Shown: piece by piece, positions 18,832-28,589 of the stretch
Position numbering within the stretch: the stretch's first letter is position 1
Layout: the number at the start of each line of letters is the position of its first letter
From: an uncultured Chitinophagaceae bacterium
GTDB lineage: Bacteria > Bacteroidota > Bacteroidia > Chitinophagales > Chitinophagaceae
Assembly: GCA_964387165.1 (NCBI GenBank)
Contig: CAYLVR010000001.1
Span: 1 to 51,215 of the forward strand
Direction of reading: 5' to 3'
DNA: 51,215 bases
Made by a program: the position numbers and the translations under genes
Notes under the pieces: model-generated
Database searches by the model: none
Told to the model about the DNA's origin: nothing
What the model saw: the letters and a program-made list of their open reading frames with translations, nothing else

Positions 18832-20778
18832 TTAAGGCTCGATCCAGGCGTCATTTTCTTTGAGAAGATTAATGAGCTCATCAACGGCCACCTCACTGTT
18901 AATAGAGCGTTTTACCACTTCCCTGCCTTTATACAATGTAATTTTCCCCGGGCCGCTGCCCACGTATCCGAAATCAGCATCGGCCATTTCACCAGGCCCA
19001 TTTACGATACACCCCATTATCGCAATCTTCACGCCTTTTAAATGATTGGTCACCGCGCGGATCTTTGCGGTCGTTTCCTGCAAATCAAATAATGTACGGC
19101 CACAGCTTGGACAGGAGATATATTCTGTTTTGCTGATGCGCGTGCGTGTAGCCTGTAATATTGAAAAAGAAGTATTATTGATAAACTGCTGGTTACTTTT
19201 TGTTTCCAGGTATGTACGTCCGGAAACTTTCTGATTAACAATTTTAGAAGGGTCATTAATCAACCATAATCCATCTCCAAATCCATCTAACAATAAGGCT
19301 CCGGCTTCAGCAGAGAAATGAATTAATTGTTCATCTATCGTTGAATCAGCGCTTTCTACCACAATAATTACCGGGGTCCTGATTTTCCTTTCAGTTAACA
19401 GATAAAAGAAATTACGAACGGAAGGCATGGGAATTTCATTAGTGGACCATACACATAATACCACGTTATTATTATTCTCTAAGAAAGGAACTAATTTGAT
19501 CGCCAAATCTTCATCATTGCAATCTAATCTTACAAAACATTTATGTACAGAAGAATAATCTTTATTAATAAATTCTTCTGCTTCTATAATCGGGTGATAT
19601 TTATTTTTATCAGGAACCTGTAACCACGTATGATAATCACAAATCACCTGTAACATGCCTGGTAAAGAATAATCCAGTATCTTATTTCTTGTATAAATAT
19701 AATCCGCCGCCCCATCGCTGATATTCCATTTGTCTAATGAAGGTTCATATGTATAACCGATAGCCTGCAGGTCGTTCTGCAGAATATTTTCTTTCTTCAT
19801 GAAATCGGCAACAACTATCGGTACATGACCACCTCCTATATTAACAACGTTTGCAGTAACTCTTCTTAGATATTCAGGCGCAGGGGCCTTCACTATCGGC
19901 GAAACAACTTGCGCCCTAGTTTCATAACGATTTACGAGGTCCTTACAAACCGGAATTTCAAACTCCGGATCTTCAGTTAATGATACACGTATGGTATCTC
20001 CTATTCCATCTTCTAATAATGTTCCAATACCAATGGCCGATTTGATCCTTCCATCTTCTCCATCACCCGCTTCTGTTACACCTAAATGCAATGGATATAA
20101 AACACCAAATTCATTTTGCATAGTCTGCACCAGTAAACGATAAGCCTGTACCATTACAAGCGGGTTACTGGATTTCATGCTCAGCACTATATTATGATAA
20201 TTTTCATCGCGCGAAATACGTAAAAACTCCATCGCGCTTTCAACCATTCCGATTGCGCTGTCTCCATAACGGCTCATGATCCTGTCGCTCAGCGATCCAT
20301 GATTTGTACCAATACGCATAGCAGTGCCATATTCTTTACAAATACGCACTAATGGTGTAAAACGTTCACGGATCCTTTCTATCTCTTCATTATATTTTTG
20401 ATCGGTGTATTCAATAAATTCAAACTTTTTTTTGTCTACATAATTACCTGGGTTAACTCTTACTTTTTCTACAATTTTTGCAGCAATTTCAGCAGCGTTA
20501 GGAGTAAAATGAATATCTGCTACCAACGGCGTATTATATCCGCGCTTGCGTAAACCATTTTTAATATTTAGCAAATTCTCTGCTTCTTTTTTACTGGGGG
20601 CCGTAATGCGCACTAATTCAGACCCCGCTTCTATGCACCTGATGGATTGTTCAATTGTACCTTCAGTATCCATTGTATCTGTTGTGGTCATGGTCTGCAC
20701 ACGTATCGGGTGCATATTGCCAAGCAACAGGTCTCCTATTTTTACTTCTAATGTTTTTAAACGGCTCATTATATTCAT
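18832..20778 (-). CDS. ispG: 4-hydroxy-3-methylbut-2-en-1-yl diphosphate synthase, long form with inserted domain
   Basis: IRVQTMTTT near the N-terminus, and C-terminal Fe-S Cys motifs (CPSCGRT, GCIVNGPGE). The ATG at 20778 avoids overlap with the upstream gene. Confidence 0.93.
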   Translation of the reverse strand: MNIMSRLKTLEVKIGDLLLGNMHPIRVQTMTTTDTMDTEGTIEQSIRCIEAGSELVRITAPSKKEAENLLNIKNGLRKRGYNTPLVADIHFTPNAAEIAAKIVEKVRVNPGNYVDKKKFEFIEYTDQKYNEEIERIRERFTPLVRICKEYGTAMRIGTNHGSLSDRIMSRYGDSAIGMVESAMEFLRISRDENYHNIVLSMKSSNPLVMVQAYRLLVQTMQNEFGVLYPLHLGVTEAGDGEDGRIKSAIGIGTLLEDGIGDTIRVSLTEDPEFEIPVCKDLVNRYETRAQVVSPIVKAPAPEYLRRVTANVVNIGGGHVPIVVADFMKKENILQNDLQAIGYTYEPSLDKWNISDGAADYIYTRNKILDYSLPGMLQVICDYHTWLQVPDKNKYHPIIEAEEFINKDYSSVHKCFVRLDCNDEDLAIKLVPFLENNNNVVLCVWSTNEIPMPSVRNFFYLLTERKIRTPVIIVVESADSTIDEQLIHFSAEAGALLLDGFGDGLWLINDPSKIVNQKVSGRTYLETKSNQQFINNTSFSILQATRTRISKTEYISCPSCGRTLFDLQETTAKIRAVTNHLKGVKIAIMGCIVNGPGEMADADFGYVGSGPGKITLYKGREVVKRSINSEVAVDELINLLKENDAWIEP

Positions 20779-20809
20779 TTGTTCCCGTGATACCTCAATA
20801 GACTTTACT

Positions 20810-22318
20810 TTACCAGTCTTTTTCCTGGCGACCAGCGTTCCTCGTTCTATGTTGTTGTATTTTCTGCTGCACCTGCTGTTCACGCTGCTGTAACGCTTTC
20901 ATTAAGCGCTCAACTTCCTTTTTGGTTAAATTGTTTGCAGGAGGTTGTTGCTGCTGATCCTTTTCCTGCTTTTTATCTTTTTTCTTGTCCTGATCGTCCT
21001 TTTTTGCAGGCGGAGGTTGTTTCTTCTTTAGCTCTAACAATGCTTTCTGTAAATTAATACGTGCATCTTCATCTTCCGGGTTTAATATTACCGCCTGCTT
21101 ATACGCTGTAATACTTTCTTCCAATTTACTTTGCCTGGATAATGAAACACCTTTGTTATAGATCAACTGTTGTTTAATGGAAGCGTCAGCATTTTTATCT
21201 GCCAACGCACCATAAATTCTTTCTGCTTCCTCGTATTTCCCTTCCCTGAATAATTTATTACCATTAATAATTTCCGTATCCTGAGCCTGCATATTATTAA
21301 ATACTAATAATAACACGATCGCCATTCTCATTTTCCTTTCTGGTAATAAAAATTCAAATAATAACAGCAATATTGCAAGGCCCGCGAACCAGGGAAAATA
21401 ATGTGTATAATCTTTAAATGCCGCATCCTCAATAGCAGTTTCCTGAATGGTAGATAATTTTTTCATAATGATGCCGGCAGCAGCATTTGCATCTTCTGTG
21501 TTTACGTAAATACCCTTTGTAACCGCAGATATCTGTTTTAATTCAGCTTCATTTAATTTGGATAATATCGTATTGCCCTGATCATCTTTTTTAAACTGCC
21601 CCGTATTCGGATCAGGAATCGGCGTACCGGTTGCCGAGCCAATACCTACAGTATTTACCATTACACCATTAGCGGCTAGTTGTTCGGCAACTTCCAGCGA
21701 TGCCGGATCATGGTCTTCTCCATCAGTAATTAATATGATCGATTTATATTTTCTTTCTTTACTGTTGAATGCCGATGCTCCTAATTTTAATGCTTCAGAG
21801 ATCATCGTTCCCTGCGAGGGTACAATTAGCGGGCCCGCATTCTGTACATACATGCTTGTTGCACCATGATCAGTAGTTAGCGGCATTTGCATATATGCCC
21901 TGCCCGCGAATAATATTAACCCTACGCGATCATTTTGCAACTCATTCATTAAGCTGCCAATTAATTGTTTGGCTTTTTCTAACCGGTTAGGTTTAATGTC
22001 TTCTGCCAGCATACTATTGCTTACATCCAGTGCGATCATCACATCAACGCCTTTTCTTTCTACCTTATCCATTTTCCCGGGAAATTGCGGGTTGATGATA
22101 GCAATAATTATCGCAGTTAATGCCAGAGAGGCTATAATAAATTTGAAAAGAAATTTTAAAGGTGAATGCGATTTAGTGAGTTCGTTGACCAGTTTTGGAT
22201 CGCCAATTTTTTTTATGGCTGTTTTTTTCCAGCGGAGCAGATACCAGAATAGAAGCCCGACAAAAGGTATGGCCAATAAGGTAATAAAGAATTCGGGATG
22301 CTGAAACTGGAGACCCAT
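20810..22318 (-). CDS. VWA domain plus TPR membrane protein (BatB/BatC-like) with a K/Q/D-rich tail
   Basis: N-terminal TM helices, MIDAS motif DVSNSM, a TPR-like segment (GNKLFREGKYEEAERIY), and a low-complexity C-terminus. Confidence 0.8.
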   Translation of the reverse strand: MGLQFQHPEFFITLLAIPFVGLLFWYLLRWKKTAIKKIGDPKLVNELTKSHSPLKFLFKFIIASLALTAIIIAIINPQFPGKMDKVERKGVDVMIALDVSNSMLAEDIKPNRLEKAKQLIGSLMNELQNDRVGLILFAGRAYMQMPLTTDHGATSMYVQNAGPLIVPSQGTMISEALKLGASAFNSKERKYKSIILITDGEDHDPASLEVAEQLAANGVMVNTVGIGSATGTPIPDPNTGQFKKDDQGNTILSKLNEAELKQISAVTKGIYVNTEDANAAAGIIMKKLSTIQETAIEDAAFKDYTHYFPWFAGLAILLLLFEFLLPERKMRMAIVLLLVFNNMQAQDTEIINGNKLFREGKYEEAERIYGALADKNADASIKQQLIYNKGVSLSRQSKLEESITAYKQAVILNPEDEDARINLQKALLELKKKQPPPAKKDDQDKKKDKKQEKDQQQQPPANNLTKKEVERLMKALQQREQQVQQKIQQHRTRNAGRQEKDW

Positions 22319-22375
22319 TGTACAAATTTACTGCTTCTGACGCAGTGTTCCCGCCATAGACAAGACAACCTGCGC

Positions 22376-23047
22376 CTATCTCTTCCCTTCAAAGAATCCG
22401 TATTGCTTTAAGATATTCTTAAGAATTATAATATTGACAGCAGCAATATCATAAGCGGGATCGGGCGATTCGGTCTGCAGCACAAAAAAATAAGGGTGTC
22501 TGTTCTCTTCTATCCATCCAATCAGCCACCCCAGGGAATGATTTTGAGCGGTAACACCATTTCCTGTCTGGTAGCTAAGTATATAATTAGAGTTATCTTC
22601 TTTTTTCATGGCATTTTTAACAATCCGCTGGGTTCGTGGCTGGAAAGGAAGCTGGCTGAAATACAGCTTTTTAACAAGTCCAAGCTGCTCATCGGCGGTA
22701 ATGGTTGTTTTGTATCCCAGGGTGTCGAGCCAGTGCTGCATTGTATCTTTTGCTATTACAACAGAATCATTGTTAAGCAGATCACTGGAATCTTTTAACA
22801 GGCCGGTCTCCAGGGCTATCAGTGAATAAACCACTTTGGAGGTATGAAAAGGCAGGTACGTACTATCGAGGTATCTGCCCATATTATACATAGTAAATTC
22901 TCCTGTGCCATTATCAAACATCCCGAACGTACCTGAAAGGTTATTTTCCTTAAAATACTTTTCCAGGCTTTTATCTTCTTTTGTATTATTTAATGAGCAT
23001 GAAGCTACAGTGGCTATAAATAAGCATGAGAGTATTATTCTAAACAT
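22376..23047 (-). CDS. class D beta-lactamase / BlaR1-sensor-like lipoprotein with a degenerate active site
   Basis: Lipobox VASC. YLPFHTSKVVYSLIALETG aligns by eye to OXA YLPASTFKIPN.IIGLETG; LGWLIGWIEE..YFF aligns to WWVGWVE..YFF; QTG sits in place of KTG. Confidence 0.65.
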   Translation of the reverse strand: MFRIILSCLFIATVASCSLNNTKEDKSLEKYFKENNLSGTFGMFDNGTGEFTMYNMGRYLDSTYLPFHTSKVVYSLIALETGLLKDSSDLLNNDSVVIAKDTMQHWLDTLGYKTTITADEQLGLVKKLYFSQLPFQPRTQRIVKNAMKKEDNSNYILSYQTGNGVTAQNHSLGWLIGWIEENRHPYFFVLQTESPDPAYDIAAVNIIILKNILKQYGFFEGKR

Positions 23048-23264
23048 CCGGCAAAGTTAAGGAACACACCTCGTCTCGCCATCCTGCGAGGTGGCCCCTG
23101 ATGGGGAGAATTGACATTTTTCCGAATGCTTTTACCAGAGAATCCAGCGTGTCGGCCAATCTCCGCCATGCTCCTGCGCTGATGCTTTGGCGTAAGTGTA
23201 TGGAGAGATGGCCGAACCTATTGGAATTTAAAATAAAACAATTTACTGCGAGGCCAGGTGTTGA

Positions 23265-25433
23265 TTATAATTTTAAGATCAATGAAGCATTCATATTCCT
23301 TCCCTCGGATGACCACACACCTGGTCCGGGATAAAAACTGGGTCTTTTTGTGAAATACTGCTTATTCAGTACATTATTAATATTCACCCTGAAATCCAGG
23401 TTCCTCAATACCTTAAACGATGAATTAATATCCAGCAATCCATAAGACGGCACAAGACCCACTGCCCCGGTAGATTTTGGTGGCTCAATAGTATTTAATG
23501 CATCAGCAAAACTTTCTGCGGTATAACTATACAACAGGGATAAGCTGATTTTTCTGTATTTATATGTCACGCCATTTCGGGTAATTACATTTGGTGTGGT
23601 TTCTACTTTATTACCACCAACATCAATATTATCATTTCCCGATTTCACAATGGCATCTTTATAACGTGCATCGGTAAATGATGAGGATGTAAATACGATT
23701 AATTTAGAATAATTAGATAACATCCAGTCGCCCTGTACAAATATCTCTAATCCTTTAGTGATGGAATTTCCAATATTTGTCCTGTAAGTATAAAACACAC
23801 TGTTATCATCCGTTTGGGTTAATGTACCAAACCTGTTTTCATATCCCATTAAGAAACCGGTAACATCCCATTTAAGAAATTTCCATTCTCCCCTTACTCC
23901 CACTTCTGCGTTATATCCTTTGGCATCTTTAATATTCGGATCCACTCTTTCATATAATGAAGAAGGGATAAGGTCCTTAAATAACATGGGATGATAAGCC
24001 TGCGAGGCGCCGCCATAAATTTCCATTATCACTGATGGTTTATAAGAAAACCCTGCTCCAAATAAAGGGAACTGGTGATCTATCTTAACAGGGATCTCAT
24101 TTTCCGGATAATAAGTAATTGTGCCGGTAAGGTCAGTTTTGCCGCTTTCCACTCTTGCCCCTGCATTTACAGAAAATTTCCTTGTTACATAAAAAGTATT
24201 CTCTGCAAACAATGCAATATTCTGGGTTTTGAAATGTAAATCCCTTCCCCATCCGGGTTCTACTAATGTAAGATCATAATCACTGCCTGTTGTTCCTTTT
24301 CCCAGTTGTGTTCGGTGTAAATCATTATTCATGTATTGTACGCCTGCAGTTAAAGAACCACCATTGTAGCGTTTTAATAATCTTAACTGGTTAGTATAGC
24401 TATTAAATCTATCAATATCTATCTGCCTGTTATTATATTGCAGGGTAGATGTAACAATAGTATCCATTACGTTGGTTGGCTTGTCGAACATTACACTATT
24501 TCTTTTTCCCAGCACTGCTGTACTTGAAAATTCCAGATGTGTTAAAGGAGATACCTGCCAGTTAATAGTAATGGAAGGCACATGAATATCGGGACTGAAA
24601 TAATTTCTTGATCGTGTTGCCTGTTTTGGATCTGCATGAAACATGCTGTCGTTTAGTGCACCCGGGATCCTGTATAAATATTTTGATCTTGCCCATTCCG
24701 CCCTGATAGTCAGATTAGGTGTTGCGTCATAAGTTAATATAATATCCTGTGCCTCGCTGTCGGTATGTTCATTATCCCTGTAACCATCGCGTGATTTCTT
24801 ATAATAATACGCGTAGTATTTTAATTTACCCAGCTTGCCTCCAATAGCATTATAGGAGCTTAATAAATTAAATGATCCGGCAGTAGTAATATTTTCGAAA
24901 CTAAACGGCCTCGTTGTATCGCCCTGCTTGGTGGAATAATTCAGCATTCCTCCAAATTGGGCACCGTATTGCAACGATCCTGTTCCGCGCACTAATTCAA
25001 TCTTCCCAATACTTTCGAGTGGCATACTATAATGACTCGCCGGGTATCCATACATATCCGAATTGGTAATAACATTATCTTTCCTGATATTAAATTCCCA
25101 GCCACGGTGCGGATCCAGCCCCCGTGATGCAACATTGATCTGATTGCCTGCGCCATCCATATCGTACACGAATACGCCGGGAACTTTTGAGAATACCTGC
25201 CGCCCGGTTTTATTAGCAACATCCATATCTGAACCAACCAGGTTAATTACCTCAGTTTTTTTTCCTGTAAAATTATAAGTACCCCGAATATTATCGAGCC
25301 TTAGTATTGTAGGTTCGCTTAAATATGATATAATCGTTACACTGTCAAGTATTTTACGTTGTAAAGCCTCCCTGTCCTGCGCCATTCCATTTATTGAAAT
25401 AGCGAGGGCAAGGCCTATAAATAATATTTTCAT
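23265..25433 (-). CDS. TonB-dependent outer-membrane receptor
   Basis: 722 aa with a signal peptide, a plug-like N-terminal region, and a long beta-barrel with alternating aromatic pattern. Confidence 0.88.
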   Translation of the reverse strand: MKILFIGLALAISINGMAQDREALQRKILDSVTIISYLSEPTILRLDNIRGTYNFTGKKTEVINLVGSDMDVANKTGRQVFSKVPGVFVYDMDGAGNQINVASRGLDPHRGWEFNIRKDNVITNSDMYGYPASHYSMPLESIGKIELVRGTGSLQYGAQFGGMLNYSTKQGDTTRPFSFENITTAGSFNLLSSYNAIGGKLGKLKYYAYYYKKSRDGYRDNEHTDSEAQDIILTYDATPNLTIRAEWARSKYLYRIPGALNDSMFHADPKQATRSRNYFSPDIHVPSITINWQVSPLTHLEFSSTAVLGKRNSVMFDKPTNVMDTIVTSTLQYNNRQIDIDRFNSYTNQLRLLKRYNGGSLTAGVQYMNNDLHRTQLGKGTTGSDYDLTLVEPGWGRDLHFKTQNIALFAENTFYVTRKFSVNAGARVESGKTDLTGTITYYPENEIPVKIDHQFPLFGAGFSYKPSVIMEIYGGASQAYHPMLFKDLIPSSLYERVDPNIKDAKGYNAEVGVRGEWKFLKWDVTGFLMGYENRFGTLTQTDDNSVFYTYRTNIGNSITKGLEIFVQGDWMLSNYSKLIVFTSSSFTDARYKDAIVKSGNDNIDVGGNKVETTPNVITRNGVTYKYRKISLSLLYSYTAESFADALNTIEPPKSTGAVGLVPSYGLLDINSSFKVLRNLDFRVNINNVLNKQYFTKRPSFYPGPGVWSSEGRNMNASLILKL

Positions 25434-25444
25434 TTTTTACAATT

Positions 25445-26998
25445 TTATTCAGCACCGTCAGACATAGCTCTGGCCACTGCCAGTTCTCCCACTTTTTTAC
25501 CGCTCTCTAATCCAGCATCACAATCGCTGCGATAATGAATGGCGCCATATAATCTCGACATAGATGCCTCCTGGGCCATGTCCATGAATTTATCACCTCT
25601 GTTAGGCCACAAATGTGTGAGTACAGTAGCTGCCGCCCCACTGAATGTTGAGTGACCGGATGTATATGCAGGGAAATTAGGCAGCCCCGTTAATGTTTTA
25701 ATAATTTTATTTGATTGTGAAGGGCGGGGATTGAAATAAAAATATTTTGCATCCCAGCATGCGATAGCCGCATCCATCAGCGCCATATTAATCAGCGCAT
25801 AATTTCTTGCCCATCTTACTTCGCTATAATTTTCTTTTACGAATTCTTCAGCCGCAATAGCATCCCAATGTCCCGCAGGCGTAACTGTTCCGGCACCATC
25901 CGCCCAATAATGAACAATGGCCATTCTTTCTCTTGCCGGATTCTGGCTATAATACAGCACTTCTTCCGTTTCTTTCCTGAATTCTTCTGATCCTGTTAAT
26001 GGTGGTGGGGGTGGGCGCATGGCAATAATATCCAGTGAATCACATAAGAAAGGTTTTACCTTGGCAAACAATGGTAACATCGGTGGCCTTTTTGGAGACT
26101 CCAGGCTCAGCCAACAAATTTCTCCCTTTGCCATTGTTTCATCTTCAAACTGCTTCCAGATTATTGGATTACCTCCAGCCTGTCCCGCGCGATCCGCTCT
26201 TCCACGGTCAACAAATTTCTGTGCAATAGCTTTACCTAAAGCCTCTCCGGCTTCCAGTTCACTACGCACATTTGCACCAGACATTATTCTGGATAATTTC
26301 TGTTCTTCTGCTCTTTTCTGTATATAAGCCACTTCACCGGGGAATAATAGTTTAAGCATTTCCACAGCTGCTCCCGCCATAGTAGCGTCTTCGCTGGGAT
26401 AAGAAGGAAGATTAGACGGAGGAACCAGAGCTGTAACGATAGAATCATTTTTATATGGCGCAGAACGATTATATACCTTTTTGTAATACCATGCAGCCAC
26501 TAACGCATCGTATTGCGCAGCCGACACGTATGCATACGAGCGCGCAGCATAAGGCGGATTTGCAAACGGAAATAAAGGATATGCAAATGGATTGGCAGCG
26601 CTGGGGGCAGGATAAGTACGATCTTCACTCTGATAAGGAGGAAGGTTGTATTTCGCTACCAATTCACGTAATATTTCGTTCCACCTTAACACACCGCCGG
26701 CGCTCCAGTATTTAATCAGTTTTTTATCGTCGCTGCTTAAATTCTGTTGCAACTCTTTTATTTCGTTTAATTCCGAAAGATATGCAGGCGAAGTTATTGC
26801 AATAGGCGCCGCTACAGGAATTTCATCGGGAGACGATAATAATACAGGACTCCAGGTGCCCGCTTCCAAATCAAGATTTGTAGGAGTCAGAACAGGATAA
26901 TCTTCTGATCTTTCGGTAGCATCCTTTTTACAGGAGGTATAAGTAATACTTACAGATGCAAGTACAAATAATAATTTACCAATTATATGCTTTCTCAT
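25445..26998 (-). CDS. PAP2 / vanadium-dependent haloperoxidase superfamily lipoprotein
   Basis: Lipobox (TYTSC). All three superfamily motifs are present: KYFYFNPRP (Kx6RP), YTSGHS (SGH) and SRLYGAIHYRSD (SRx5Hx3D). Confidence 0.8.
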   Translation of the reverse strand: MRKHIIGKLLFVLASVSITYTSCKKDATERSEDYPVLTPTNLDLEAGTWSPVLLSSPDEIPVAAPIAITSPAYLSELNEIKELQQNLSSDDKKLIKYWSAGGVLRWNEILRELVAKYNLPPYQSEDRTYPAPSAANPFAYPLFPFANPPYAARSYAYVSAAQYDALVAAWYYKKVYNRSAPYKNDSIVTALVPPSNLPSYPSEDATMAGAAVEMLKLLFPGEVAYIQKRAEEQKLSRIMSGANVRSELEAGEALGKAIAQKFVDRGRADRAGQAGGNPIIWKQFEDETMAKGEICWLSLESPKRPPMLPLFAKVKPFLCDSLDIIAMRPPPPPLTGSEEFRKETEEVLYYSQNPARERMAIVHYWADGAGTVTPAGHWDAIAAEEFVKENYSEVRWARNYALINMALMDAAIACWDAKYFYFNPRPSQSNKIIKTLTGLPNFPAYTSGHSTFSGAAATVLTHLWPNRGDKFMDMAQEASMSRLYGAIHYRSDCDAGLESGKKVGELAVARAMSDGAE

Positions 26999-27918
26999 GA
27001 TTTAGGAGTTTTTTTGTTGAAGTTGAAGATGTAAAAAATGCCACCATTAAACATAGTGGACTGGCCCACGTTTCTACCGGCAATGGTGTACCTGGTACCA
27101 CCTACCAATTCAAATCCACGCAGCGTTTTCAAAAATGAATACTTAAAACTCACTCCAACCATTGTTGCATCCATTTTATTATTTAAGAACGGCATATCAT
27201 TTTTTCTGATATCAGAGCCGCTTACAGTTGTCATATTGTCCATTACAGCTTCAGCGATCAAACTTTTACTTCTATAGCCTGCCCTTAAATTAAATCCTGC
27301 TACATTAGGTAAAACTGCTTTATTGGTTTCGCGCAGTTCAGTATCATAATAAGCATCTCTGTCAATTTCAACATTACTTCTGAACATATAATTACCCGCA
27401 GCGGTTGCGAAGAATTTTCCATACTGATAATCTACCAGTGCACGCAGGTTTAAATTTGTGCTGTGCATACCAATAGACAAAGGGAGATAATCTGCCACGT
27501 AATTTGTTAATGGGGTCGAAACGCCGCCGATACCAAATACAGATATCTTTGATTTGGCATTTACCGGGAATGTTAACGCTTTCCACTTCACCATAAGAGA
27601 TAAATCCTGAAGTCCTTTCATACCTTTTAATGTTCCCATAGTAGCGTTGGTTTTTACATAAGGAACACTAAAAAGAACATTCAGATCTTTGGTGACTCCG
27701 TAGCTCCCCATTAATGTTATCATTTTGGCGCTAACGGTTCCGAGGTTCTCATTGTCTCTTTTGAAATCACCTTCCCAGTAATTTTTCCAACTGCTGTGGC
27801 TGTACACGGGTCCAACACAGAACAGTTTTTTATTCATCATTATCGCGTCCACATCAGTTTGCGCGTGTGATAGTTTTGCCAAAAGGCAAGAACATATCAG
27901 GAATAAATAAATTCTCAT
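26995..27918 (-). CDS. outer-membrane beta-barrel protein, unknown family
   Basis: Signal peptide (from the ATG at 27918) and an alternating hydrophobic beta-strand pattern; 4-nt overlap with the downstream PAP2-like gene. Confidence 0.55.
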   Translation of the reverse strand: MRIYLFLICSCLLAKLSHAQTDVDAIMMNKKLFCVGPVYSHSSWKNYWEGDFKRDNENLGTVSAKMITLMGSYGVTKDLNVLFSVPYVKTNATMGTLKGMKGLQDLSLMVKWKALTFPVNAKSKISVFGIGGVSTPLTNYVADYLPLSIGMHSTNLNLRALVDYQYGKFFATAAGNYMFRSNVEIDRDAYYDTELRETNKAVLPNVAGFNLRAGYRSKSLIAEAVMDNMTTVSGSDIRKNDMPFLNNKMDATMVGVSFKYSFLKTLRGFELVGGTRYTIAGRNVGQSTMFNGGIFYIFNFNKKTPKS

Positions 27919-28004
27919 AACAGTTTTTGGTTTGATAAATATTACAATAATTTGCAATTAGCAATGTAAATTCTTGAACAGAAAATGTGAAGTAAGATGA
28001 GGCA

Positions 28005-28556
28005 TTAAGCCCGGGGAGGTTGTTTAAGTATATTAATAAACCCGGCAGATTGATTTTTCTCATCTGTAAAAAGATGTCTTATTTCAACAGGCATAATAGG
28101 ATTGATAGCCCATGAATTGTTTTCCTGCCTGTATTCTGTAGTAGATGTTTTGAATGAGGAAGCAGTGCTTTTTTCTTTTGATTGTGAAGAATGATTAAGA
28201 TCGTTCACTAATTTAAAAAAGTCAATACGTGAATTTTGAAAACGTGTTTTATTTTCATTTGGCAAGCATAACAGAACAAGTTCCCCTTTTTCAACTTTGC
28301 GTTTTACATATTTGTAATGGACACCATCTAATTCTATTTCACCATTGAACGATTCGAAATCTCCCGTCTCCAAATAATACGGGGCATTAAGTGTTACTCT
28401 TAATTCTATGAGGTTCGATTCTTCGTAAATTTCGTTGTTGATACTGGCCTGCATTTGTTCGTCTGCTTCGTTCTCAAAATAGTGAGATACAAAACGATAA
28501 CCCACCCAGTTGAAGGCAAGAATAGTTAGGAGCAGTATGGAAGCAGTCAGTCTCAC
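28005..28556 (-). CDS. single-pass membrane protein, unknown function (paralog A)
   Basis: 183 aa with N-terminal TM helix ILLLTILAFNWVGYRFV; paralogous to 29767..30318. Confidence 0.6.
   Translation of the reverse strand: MRLTASILLLTILAFNWVGYRFVSHYFENEADEQMQASINNEIYEESNLIELRVTLNAPYYLETGDFESFNGEIELDGVHYKYVKRKVEKGELVLLCLPNENKTRFQNSRIDFFKLVNDLNHSSQSKEKSTASSFKTSTTEYRQENNSWAINPIMPVEIRHLFTDEKNQSAGFINILKQPPRA
28074..28340. repeat. 267-bp perfect direct repeat, copy 1
   Basis: Base-for-base identical to 29836..30102 (offset 1762 bp). The flanking gene sequence is clearly diverged. Confidence 0.9.
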
Positions 28557-28589
28557 GATCTAAAAGAGTGAAAAGGTAGAGGCTTTAGG

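Noticed and set aside
18832-20883. The longer ispG ORF starting at 20883, and similarly the long forms 26995..27957, 45397..46023, 15625..16212, 31873..32331, 44155..45387 and 43..849.
   Set aside because: The extensions overlap neighbouring genes or terminators, or they lack the signal-peptide or family N-terminus that appears at the internal start. I used the internal starts instead.
23101-23334. 77-aa + strand ORF in the GC-rich spacer that overlaps the 3' end of the TonB receptor gene.
   Set aside because: It overlaps a confident gene, has no start context and no recognisable domain, and probably arises only because the GC-rich spacer has few stop codons.
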